64,000 nt of DNA from Bacteroidia bacterium (GTDB lineage Bacteria > Bacteroidota > Bacteroidia > M30B66): contig OZ257142.1 in the NCBI GenBank assembly GCA_965279035.1, positions 3,232,001 to 3,296,000 of the forward strand, given 5' to 3'. Positions 32,485 to 40,465 of this stretch are shown one piece after another (position 1 is the stretch's first letter; every line of letters begins with the position of its first letter). The notes below the pieces were generated by a model. That model was not told where the DNA came from. It ran no database searches and saw only the letters and a program-made list of their open reading frames with translations. A program made the position numbers and the translations under genes.

Positions 32485-33057
32485 CTATTGTCGCCTAAAT
32501 CCAATTATTACAGGCGCGGGTTCAATGGTGAATGTTCCTGTGGCCGTTGCACTACAACCGCCTGCTCCTGTTATATTATAAGTTAAGTTATAGGTACCCG
32601 GAACACTTAAGTCAACCGAAGTGCCAGCAGAGCCATTTATCAACCAAGTTCCACCTGCAGGAGTTCCGTATGGAAGCAAAGACAATGTTCCAGTGTGTTG
32701 ACAATCATCTGCAGGAGAAGCAATAGTTGCAGTTAGATCAACCACATTATAATACATTGAACAGTCAAGTGGTGGACAAATTGGAGACAAGGCATTTGCT
32801 TGTGCCCGAATTTGATAAACACCAGCTGTGGCGAAAGTCACCGTCATTGATGTATCACTCATGTTCAAAGTAAAAGGAGCTGCAGGAGTTACAGTCAGAA
32901 CTAGACTGGCTAAATTATAATTGCTCGCATCGAAGTGAACTACTTCTTGTGTTCCAGAGCAAATTAGAATTGTATCACCACATGCGGTCGTTTGGGCAGA
33001 ACTTGTGACGGCCGCCATCAAAAAAGATGCGATCGCCAAGATTTTAAACACTTTCAT
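32485..33057 (-). CDS. Secreted Ig/PKD-like protein, no CTD
   Basis: Signal peptide ending SSA-Q; GTPAGGTW..GTYNLTYNITGAGGCSAT Ig-like repeat. Confidence 0.75.
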   Translation of the reverse strand: MKVFKILAIASFLMAAVTSSAQTTACGDTILICSGTQEVVHFDASNYNLASLVLTVTPAAPFTLNMSDTSMTVTFATAGVYQIRAQANALSPICPPLDCSMYYNVVDLTATIASPADDCQHTGTLSLLPYGTPAGGTWLINGSAGTSVDLSVPGTYNLTYNITGAGGCSATATGTFTIEPAPVIIGFRRQ

Positions 33058-33059
33058 TT

Positions 33060-34448
33060 TTATCCTTCTCGATTAAAATGAGGGTTTGGATTGCAACAGG
33101 AAACAACAGGTACAATTGCTTGAACGGTATCGTTATAGCAAGGAAAATGAGCAATCATCGAAACGGTATAAATCCCGGGTGCTGCATAATTCCATGTAAC
33201 TGAATTTCCGGCATTACTATTTCCATCACCAAAAAGCCAAACAATGGGAGTGCTGAAATTTGCACATGCAGGAGCTGCTATTGTTGGAGCTGTTAAATGA
33301 ATGCTTAGGCAATTCACATTGTAAGTAAATGGCTGTAGTATGGGTCGATTATAAAAGGAGGCATAGTTCGGAAGTCCAAATGTGGACGATCGCCCTAATA
33401 AAGAAACTGCACCACTAGTAAAACCACATCCTGATCCAATAACATTTGGATTATTTATAACCGATAGAAATGAATTATTTCTAGAGAGATATATTTTACC
33501 ATCAGGTCCAAGCTGCATTGATCCCATAAATGGACCAGTACTGGCAACCTGGTATCTTGATAATTGGATTTGTGTTTGTGTTCCGGCGCAAAGGTTGAAT
33601 TGAATTAGATTTCCTCCATTTGTGGATGCGTATGCAAGCCTACTATCGGGAGAAAATTCACATCCGTATGCTCCGGTTTCGGATGAGAGTAAAAAACCAC
33701 CAGAGACAACTCCGGTGGTATTTGAAAAATTATGGACTTCAACTTTGTTCGTGCCATTTCCGGCTAAACCATACCAACTGGAAAGTATTCGATTTCCTTC
33801 TAGGTTGGTTTTTAGTTGACCATATTTACTTTGGGCAATTCCTGTAATTACAGATCCAGAATTACTGACAACTGGAGGGGAAATTCCTGCAGAAGTAACT
33901 AACCAGGATCGGAATGCATTAGTGTTCCAGTCGTGGGTTAGAACCCAAACATCGCGGTTGTTGCAATGCCTGATGGCAGTCAATTTTTCGCATGATGGTG
34001 TCTGAAGTAAAACATTCTTTGTGGTAATGGCTCCAAGTCCTGCAGATAATGAAAGATCAACTTCGGAATATCGAATTCCATTGGGTCCAACATCTGCATC
34101 GGAAGTAAATATATACCAACCATTTGCGCTACCAGGCTTATCAATGATGATTGCCGATTGAGTTGATGAGGCGTGCCCAAGCAATCCGGTACCATTAGCC
34201 ATTACAGCGTGTAATCGATTCCAAACCGTAACTCCGTCAGTGTAAAATAACAGATTACCAGAAGCGTCGCACATGGTTGCGCAACCTTCAGTAGTTACGA
34301 GCTGACCATCGGTAAGTGCAACGGGTGGTCCAGAGGCAAAAGTTACACCGGCTTTATTTCCAAAATACCAGATGTTTGATTGCTGAGCGCTTAGCGTCAA
34401 GGCAATCAAGCAGACAAAGCTGCTAAGAAAAATTCTCATGTTTTTCAT
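33060..34448 (-). CDS. Secreted beta-propeller + PKD protein, no CTD
   Basis: Signal peptide ending LSA-Q; NIWYFG..GNLLFYTDG..YGCEFSPD..QLGPDGKIY..GLPN propeller; WLFGDG..PGIYTV PKD. Confidence 0.8.
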   Translation of the reverse strand: MKNMRIFLSSFVCLIALTLSAQQSNIWYFGNKAGVTFASGPPVALTDGQLVTTEGCATMCDASGNLLFYTDGVTVWNRLHAVMANGTGLLGHASSTQSAIIIDKPGSANGWYIFTSDADVGPNGIRYSEVDLSLSAGLGAITTKNVLLQTPSCEKLTAIRHCNNRDVWVLTHDWNTNAFRSWLVTSAGISPPVVSNSGSVITGIAQSKYGQLKTNLEGNRILSSWYGLAGNGTNKVEVHNFSNTTGVVSGGFLLSSETGAYGCEFSPDSRLAYASTNGGNLIQFNLCAGTQTQIQLSRYQVASTGPFMGSMQLGPDGKIYLSRNNSFLSVINNPNVIGSGCGFTSGAVSLLGRSSTFGLPNYASFYNRPILQPFTYNVNCLSIHLTAPTIAAPACANFSTPIVWLFGDGNSNAGNSVTWNYAAPGIYTVSMIAHFPCYNDTVQAIVPVVSCCNPNPHFNREG

Positions 34449-34470
34449 GGGTTTTAATTGGTTTAAAACC

Positions 34471-34505
34471 CAACATTACGCTCATAAAAAAACAGTAGAA
34501 AGGAC
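34471..34505 (-). promoter_or_regulatory. Putative late promoter GTCCTTT-N20-TAATGTTG driving the T9SS cassette
   Basis: Same motif and spacing as the three morphogenesis promoters. Confidence 0.65.
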
Positions 34506-34519
34506 AGAAATTATTCTTC

Positions 34520-34804
34520 TTACTTTATAGTATAACTGAATAACCAACCATAATAATCATCATAACAGAAGCGAAGATTATAAATCGTTTTATCACTTCC
34601 GGAATAGCTTTCAATTTCATAAACATAACCATGAACGGGGCATTGTGGCAATAGCTCAATATTAATTAGTGATATAAGTTTCAATGATATTCCGGTGGAT
34701 GTTTTTGCGATAAAATGGCTCATAAATAAGTTTATAATAGCGGGTTTCTTTTGCTCCTTTTCTTTGACCGAACAAAGAAAAGGAGTCCGGTTGGATTGCT
34801 CCAC
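34520..34804 (-). CDS. Hypothetical protein (start uncertain)
   Basis: Short ORF downstream of the ArdC-like gene. Confidence 0.35.
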   Translation of the reverse strand: MEQSNRTPFLCSVKEKEQKKPAIINLFMSHFIAKTSTGISLKLISLINIELLPQCPVHGYVYEIESYSGSDKTIYNLRFCYDDYYGWLFSYTIK

Positions 34805-34827
34805 CGGATTCCCTCTTGTTTTGGCTT

Positions 34828-35166
34828 TTACTTCTCTCCTATTGGCTTAACTTGCTTGTTTGAGAATAAAAAGCAAAGCGGGAAAAACTGTCTTCCTTCG
34901 GGGTTGGCTTCAATGCCTTGTTCCTCTTGCTGTTTGCTTAGGGGTTTTCCCCAAATGTAAAAGGCTTGCGCTCCTTTGTTGACTTGGAAACCATCGCGTT
35001 TCCATTGGTCGTATGTTTTAAATTCGTTGTTCCCATCGTGGGTGTAAACTTTCAAAAGTATTGCTTCGTTTACGTTTTTAAATTCTCCCGCTTCTACCAG
35101 TGGTCGAACTTTGCTGCTCAATTCTAATAAATGAGCGCGTTTTTCTTTAATGTTTAGGGTTTCCAT
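34828..35166 (-). CDS. ArdC-like N-terminal ssDNA-binding domain protein (standalone)
   Basis: FKTYDQWKRDGFQVNKGAQAFYIWGKP..LFSNKQV. Confidence 0.7.
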   Translation of the reverse strand: METLNIKEKRAHLLELSSKVRPLVEAGEFKNVNEAILLKVYTHDGNNEFKTYDQWKRDGFQVNKGAQAFYIWGKPLSKQQEEQGIEANPEGRQFFPLCFLFSNKQVKPIGEK

Positions 35167-35177
35167 AGTGTTAAGAT

Positions 35178-35624
35178 TTAAAGGATTACTTCGTCTGCGA
35201 ATGAATAGTAACTGTAAGGGGTTACAATTACATGGTCTAGAAGTTGGATGTCGTTGTAATAGGCTGCATGCTTAATGTTTTGGGTTAATTTTATATCTGC
35301 ATCGCTCGGCTGTGTGTTTCCGCTTGGATGATTATGAAGCAGAATAATTGCACAGGCGTTGCCTAAAATTGCAGTTTGCAGAATAATTTTTGTGTCTGCG
35401 ACCGTTCCGGAAATTCCTCCCTGACCTATTTTTTTCCAACCTAAAACCCTGTTGTTTCGATTTAGTATTATCATCATGAATGATTCACAATGTTCTAGTG
35501 TGTCGGGGTTGAAAATCTCACGTATTGCCAAATCATAAATGTCTTTCGAGTTTAGAATTTGCTTGCGTTGGGATGGTGGTATTTTGGGTGACTTATAAAT
35601 AAGTTCTACTTCTGAAATCTGCAT
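35178..35624 (-). CDS. RadC-like JAB domain protein
   Basis: ESFMMIILNRNNRV; GGISGT; HNHPSGNTQPSDAD; LLDHVIV. Confidence 0.9.
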   Translation of the reverse strand: MQISEVELIYKSPKIPPSQRKQILNSKDIYDLAIREIFNPDTLEHCESFMMIILNRNNRVLGWKKIGQGGISGTVADTKIILQTAILGNACAIILLHNHPSGNTQPSDADIKLTQNIKHAAYYNDIQLLDHVIVTPYSYYSFADEVIL

Positions 35625-35626
35625 AA

Positions 35627-35842
35627 CTAACGGGATTTAGGATTAATAATATTTGAAAACGTATCGGTGAAAATTGCCTGAATAAACTCACATATTAGAG
35701 TTCTCCGTTTTTTCTCTTGTCCTAAAGCCGTTGCAGGGCGTTTGATTGAATTGTTTACTTTTGTCATGTTCATTTTATCAAAGGGTGAATAATTGCCTTG
35801 TTGGGGATAGCCGTCCTTGACAAGGTTTTTTCTTTTAGGCAT
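35627..35842 (-). CDS. Hypothetical protein
   Basis: 71-aa basic ORF directly upstream of the RadC-like gene. Confidence 0.4.
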   Translation of the reverse strand: MPKRKNLVKDGYPQQGNYSPFDKMNMTKVNNSIKRPATALGQEKKRRTLICEFIQAIFTDTFSNIINPKSR

Positions 35843-36047
35843 AGTTCGCCCATGCCATTAATGGCGCTTTTGTTCTATCTCATTGATTGTGTGGTTTTTA
35901 GTTTCTAATATTCTATAAATTTAAAGAAATCAAACCGAAAAAACAAATTTTAAACGAATTTAATTAATTGATTATCAGTATATTATAAATATTTATACCC
36001 TTTTTTACCTGTTTTGGTATAGCAAAACAATTTAACTATTTGACTAC

Positions 36048-36089
36048 CAATTTATAAGAAGTTCTATTTTCTGAACTTCTTATAAATTG
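36048..36089. repeat. Perfect 17-bp inverted repeat with 8-bp spacer
   Basis: CAATTTATAAGAAGTTC-tattttct-GAACTTCTTATAAATTG. Confidence 0.85.
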
Positions 36090-36274
36090 CCCCTGTAAAG
36101 GCAGCCACGCCCTGCGGTGTCGCGGCGATCGCCTCGGACGGGTTTTGGCGATATATGGGCGTGCCCCCTATACACACGCCCCCTTACATTGCCCTATTTC
36201 AGGGCATTGCAAGAGGGCAACCGATATGATTGAGTTGTTATTGGGTAGGCGATCGCCAACAGGAGGGAGGCTGG

Positions 36275-37939
36275 CTAGAGAATACCGGCGCTGAATCCAC
36301 TTGTGTTCGCTCCTAGCCTATTTGAATACTTATGGTATAATAATACATCAACACCATCAGATAGATGGGGCGCAAGTGCTTGGTCAATATGCTTGTTACG
36401 CTCTGCGCTTTTATCCTTTTCAAACCCATTGCGTCCTTGCTTGATAGGTGCCATGCGCATAGAGTTGTGTGTTTCTCTGCAGTTATCAGGGTGCATTCTA
36501 AAGCGTGGCAGCTGTGGATCCTTTTCACCTAATATGGCATTCATAAATACATACTTCACATGATGGTTGGGAGCTGCTCCCATGTAGTGCATTATAACCT
36601 TCCATCCGGCTTTGGTAAAACCTGATTGAAACTCATCAGCATAGTTCCATTCAACTAAGCCATCCTTACCAATGGCTGTTTGATCGTACCAGAAGTGTAT
36701 GACTTTGGTGCGGTGTGTTGCCAAGTAGTTCACAGCTTTCTTCACTACATCACGAAATAGATCAGGATGGTAAACCTTCAGACTATTAACAATGCGCTCT
36801 TCATCATCATACTCCTGGCTTAAATGGATGCAATTGAATGATCCTCCAAAGTCAGCTGCTGAATGTATGGGTAATGATGGATTGATGGAAGGCTCGTCGA
36901 TTGCGGTTACCTCCTGCCCTATTTCAATATTATACTGATCAGTATCAATCTTGTAGAAATGATGATCGCCAAGGGCAGGGTAGAAGCCCTGCTCCATCAT
37001 TACCATGATTGAGTTGAGAATTTCAATCTGAAACATCAAATCGCTCATTGAAGCTCTCAGCTGCTTCACATATCTCCAACCTGGTAAATTCTGAATGTTG
37101 TCGAAGATATCAGCATCACAGAAGTAAGTACTAAGCTTCTCTCCGGAAACAGGTATTATATCCGTGTGTTTAAAGAATTTCCATTCCTGTTTCAACTTAT
37201 ATGCTTGCTTCCAGAGCATTTCGATTTTATCAACAGAATCGGAATCAACAATTTCAAGAAGAATGCTAGAAAGGGCAACGCGGTAATCTTGATAGGACCA
37301 TCCATAGTCTTTGTAATAATCGGCTGCATCTAAGAGCCACATTGCTTCAGGAAGAAATGGCATCGAGCTGACAATCAACTCGCTTAAATGATAACGTGAA
37401 TTCGCAAATGGACCATTTGCATTGGCTCGGTTAGCGATCGCGACTTCTGTTTCAATTCGTTCTCGAGAAAGGTTCAACCCTTCATCGCCCATATACGAGT
37501 CGATATTGAAACCGCGAGAGGATCCTTTTCTCTCCTGGCTCACGATATGATACATTGCTCCGTTGGGAAAAGAGATTGTGTGTTTCCAGTTCTGAACTAC
37601 TGGGAAAATTGGTCTTCCCCAACTTTTGGGTGGTTCTTTTCCAATCACGTAGTTCATTCCCTCATGTATTCCGTGCATTGATAAGCCGGCAACGATAGCT
37701 GGAAGTGTTCTGGTAAATGCTTGAATGTAAGTAGCACAAACCAATGCGTTTGCGCTTCCTGGCATTGTGCGAACTACCTCTTTCATGACATAGGCCATGA
37801 AAGTTGTTTTACCGGTACCACGTCCTGCAATGATGCGATTACGGTTGCTGTAATTAATCGTGGCCAGCAACTGCCAACGATTCATTTTCAATGGAATGAA
37901 ATCACTCATTATTTGAAGTCCTTCCTTGCAATAACTCAA
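36275..37939 (-). CDS. terL: Terminase large subunit
   Basis: Walker A AGRGTGKT; Walker B MGDEG; nuclease AADFG..YDQTA..HLSDGVD. Confidence 0.88.
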   Translation of the reverse strand: MSYCKEGLQIMSDFIPLKMNRWQLLATINYSNRNRIIAGRGTGKTTFMAYVMKEVVRTMPGSANALVCATYIQAFTRTLPAIVAGLSMHGIHEGMNYVIGKEPPKSWGRPIFPVVQNWKHTISFPNGAMYHIVSQERKGSSRGFNIDSYMGDEGLNLSRERIETEVAIANRANANGPFANSRYHLSELIVSSMPFLPEAMWLLDAADYYKDYGWSYQDYRVALSSILLEIVDSDSVDKIEMLWKQAYKLKQEWKFFKHTDIIPVSGEKLSTYFCDADIFDNIQNLPGWRYVKQLRASMSDLMFQIEILNSIMVMMEQGFYPALGDHHFYKIDTDQYNIEIGQEVTAIDEPSINPSLPIHSAADFGGSFNCIHLSQEYDDEERIVNSLKVYHPDLFRDVVKKAVNYLATHRTKVIHFWYDQTAIGKDGLVEWNYADEFQSGFTKAGWKVIMHYMGAAPNHHVKYVFMNAILGEKDPQLPRFRMHPDNCRETHNSMRMAPIKQGRNGFEKDKSAERNKHIDQALAPHLSDGVDVLLYHKYSNRLGANTSGFSAGIL

Positions 37940-38525
37940 TAATGTTTTCTGGAATTAGATCTGAATGGATCTGCTGTTCAATGATTTTATATTCACTTTC
38001 GGGTAGTTCATGAATCTTCTCTAAGTCAATATTCTTAGGGCGACCGCCAGTCATTGTCAGATTCAAAATGTAGGTATTGCTCTGTGCCTTGGATGGATCA
38101 AATGGCTCTTCTGTTTGCTCAATCATCTTAAGAAGCTCCATTCGTGTTTTCATCAGTGCATTCCCGTTTTTAGCATCACCTTCTAACATAGCCTTGTCAA
38201 GCATCTGAAGATTCATCGCCAGAAGCAATTGCAAGCCATAGGATTTGTCTAATAGCGATAGAGCGTTAAATAGATACTTTGCAGTTATTAAATCATTCCT
38301 AGCGGTTGATAGAGATATTTCAGGAAACTTCCTTCTGAGAAGTTCAATAACAACGCGGTCAGTTTTGCGAGATCGCAGCTGATCGTCCGCAAAATTTACT
38401 CGATCGAGTATTTTTTTCTCCTGGTCAGAAATCTCAACCGGCTTTCCATGGACATAGTCATAAAGCCGTTCAATTTTAGCGCGGTCTTCAGGAAGAATAT
38501 CGTGCAGCTTCATAATTAAGTTCAA
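37902..38525 (-). CDS. Terminase small subunit candidate
   Basis: HTH-like EISLSTARND; helical; immediately upstream of terL. Confidence 0.6.
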   Translation of the reverse strand: MNLIMKLHDILPEDRAKIERLYDYVHGKPVEISDQEKKILDRVNFADDQLRSRKTDRVVIELLRRKFPEISLSTARNDLITAKYLFNALSLLDKSYGLQLLLAMNLQMLDKAMLEGDAKNGNALMKTRMELLKMIEQTEEPFDPSKAQSNTYILNLTMTGGRPKNIDLEKIHELPESEYKIIEQQIHSDLIPENIIELLQGRTSNNE

Positions 38526-38811
38526 TATCTAGTTGATACTTTTTGATCAATTCAAGGGCATCTTTAATTGCTGGTGTGGATCCAGAAGCTGCAGCAGTAA
38601 TGATTGCTTTTCGCACATCTGCTTTAGCTCGTAATTGCCCCCTATTTACTGCTTTGCTGATATCAGATTCAACATTGAATACCTCACGGGCAAAGCTGTC
38701 AAGGTCAACTTCTAAAATGAGTGCGATTTCAGAAATCGACATCATTGAATAGCTGAATTGCTCTACTTCTTTTAGTTCTGCTTCAGATATCGACATATTT
38801 TGCGAGCTCAT
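38488..38811 (-). CDS. Small helical protein of the packaging operon
   Basis: SISEIALILEV HTH-like; AASGSTPA. Confidence 0.55.
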   Translation of the reverse strand: MSSQNMSISEAELKEVEQFSYSMMSISEIALILEVDLDSFAREVFNVESDISKAVNRGQLRAKADVRKAIITAAASGSTPAIKDALELIKKYQLDIELNYEAARYSS

Positions 38812-39346
38812 TTTCTATCCAGGAAATATGTGAGTTAGCAGCTGAAGAACTTGTATCAATTACGCCAGCTTCAATTCTTTTGATTTTGCTCCAATTTTGA
38901 CTGCCGACAACTGTAATGGACCATGATTCATTCTTAATGATCATTACCTTAGCGTGTATCTCAGCAAGGGCAAGGCGTGTACTATTTAAAGTCAATAATT
39001 GAAGAGCTTCAGGGCAGTTGACTTTTATTCGATTTGAGACAATAGCTGTCAGCTGCTTTATGTATCCTGATCGCTTCAATTCAATTAAGATAGAAGCTGG
39101 AGCTGTGGTTATGCTCCAGGTTGTAAACCATACATCAGCAGGACCGGTTTTCTTTAATAAAAAGCGCAACAAATCGTGAGTGCTCCAACGCTTGTTGTTT
39201 ACATAGTGTTGACTGGTTTCAGGCTTCAATTCAGAGATAAATTCCTTCAGAGAATTTTCGATAAAAATTTGTTCAGTGGATCCACCCAAAAAAACTGAAG
39301 TAACAGAATCAGAAGCCTGGTGTAGTTCATCGCTTTTCAAGAGCAT
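38783..39346 (-). CDS. Single-domain phospholipase D-like (HxK) protein, possible nuclease
   Basis: TTWSI; IHAKVMII..VVGSQNWS..RIEAG. Confidence 0.7.
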   Translation of the reverse strand: MLLKSDELHQASDSVTSVFLGGSTEQIFIENSLKEFISELKPETSQHYVNNKRWSTHDLLRFLLKKTGPADVWFTTWSITTAPASILIELKRSGYIKQLTAIVSNRIKVNCPEALQLLTLNSTRLALAEIHAKVMIIKNESWSITVVGSQNWSKIKRIEAGVIDTSSSAANSHISWIENELAKYVDI

Positions 39347-39974
39347 GCTCTACCTCCTTCCATTTTGCTAGTAATTCATCCGCTTTAATCTTCTTCTCGG
39401 GTAACTTACTTACTTTACTATACTGCTTTTTGATGTTTTCTAGCCTCTTTGCCAGCTCTAAAGCATTTAATTGGGATAAATCCTCAATCTTGTCAACTTC
39501 GCCTTTTTTACGAGAGCCTGTCGCTTGAAATTGCTCTAGTTCAAGCCAGATTTCATCCTGCTCCTTAAAATTCTCGACAATTGTTTTTGCGAGTTGGAAT
39601 CTTTGTTCAATTGTCTTAGCTGATTTGAGATCCTGAAAGCAAGATTTGGAATGCATAAACAAGGCGTTTTTCTGCCTGTTTTTCTCTTTCAAATCATCAG
39701 GAAGAGCATTTACATCAATGTGGATGAATTTGCTTTCTGAAGTGGCTAAAAATTCATTTACTGGAGGAATTTTCTCTTTTGGTGGTGGCGATCGCCTTTC
39801 AACAACAACAGAATTAATTTTGATAAGCTCTTCCTTTAACTTATCTCTTGTGAAGGATGATTCTGTGGTAAAAAGCTTTTTAAGTAGATCGCTTTTCCCA
39901 TGAGTGTTGAATAACTCAACTCCTTTCGAATAATTAAAAGGTGCTCTAAGCCAATCTTCTATTGCGCTGATCAT
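39327..39974 (-). CDS. Phage hypothetical protein, first gene of packaging operon
   Basis: IEDWL..YSKGVELF N-terminus; ATG 4 nt after a promoter box. Confidence 0.65.
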   Translation of the reverse strand: MISAIEDWLRAPFNYSKGVELFNTHGKSDLLKKLFTTESSFTRDKLKEELIKINSVVVERRSPPPKEKIPPVNEFLATSESKFIHIDVNALPDDLKEKNRQKNALFMHSKSCFQDLKSAKTIEQRFQLAKTIVENFKEQDEIWLELEQFQATGSRKKGEVDKIEDLSQLNALELAKRLENIKKQYSKVSKLPEKKIKADELLAKWKEVEHALEKR

Positions 39975-39978
39975 GCTG

Positions 39979-40013
39979 CAATAGTAATAGGCGATCGCCT
40001 TATTCTAAAGGAC
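39979..40013 (-). promoter_or_regulatory. Putative late promoter GTCCTTT-N20-TACTATTG (packaging operon); spacer contains GGCGATCGCC
   Basis: Same motif and spacing as the other three copies. Confidence 0.65.
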
Positions 40014-40293
40014 GATTTCTAACAGGGTAGAGGGTTTCGCCCTCGATGTGACATGGAACAATGGAGCTGTCGTCTAAACAGTCTATAAGATCCTGCATTT
40101 CATAAATAATTCCGGTGCGATTAATTAAGCGGCGAAGTAATTCAGCTGCAGAAAGAAATTCTTCCGCTTCGTCGGCCTCACAGGGCATAAGCTCAAAGAA
40201 AAAATCAATTATACGTTCTTTATTGACGTTGCGATCACTGGCGGCTTTCTTTGTGCGATCGAAAAGAACGATCGGCTTACCATCTTCTTCCAT
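40000..40293 (-). CDS. Small acidic protein behind a structured leader
   Basis: 97 aa; preceded by a long hairpin leader. Confidence 0.6.
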   Translation of the reverse strand: MEEDGKPIVLFDRTKKAASDRNVNKERIIDFFFELMPCEADEAEEFLSAAELLRRLINRTGIIYEMQDLIDCLDDSSIVPCHIEGETLYPVRNRPLE

Positions 40294-40305
40294 ATAAAGA
40301 CGACC

Positions 40306-40400
40306 CCTGGGGAATAAATGTAAGTCGCCAAACGTACAACCACCTCATAGAAGCGTTTCCCCAGGAGCAATATCTCCCGAGGTAGTTGTACGTTTGGCGA
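40306..40400 (-). ncRNA. Structured leader/small regulatory RNA
   Basis: 22-bp stem 40325-40346/40379-40400 (one G-U on the minus strand); loop segment 40357-40365 is complementary to 40306-40314. Confidence 0.6.
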
Positions 40401-40412
40401 TGTAAAAATAAA

Positions 40413-40444
40413 AAATCCCTGTAATCTTTCGACTACAGGGATTT
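40413..40444 (-). terminator. Intrinsic terminator of the capsid/major-tail operon
   Basis: AAATCCCTGTAGTC-GAAA-GATTACAGGGATTT followed by a U-tract. Confidence 0.85.
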
Positions 40445-40465
40445 CAACTATTAAACAACCTGCCT

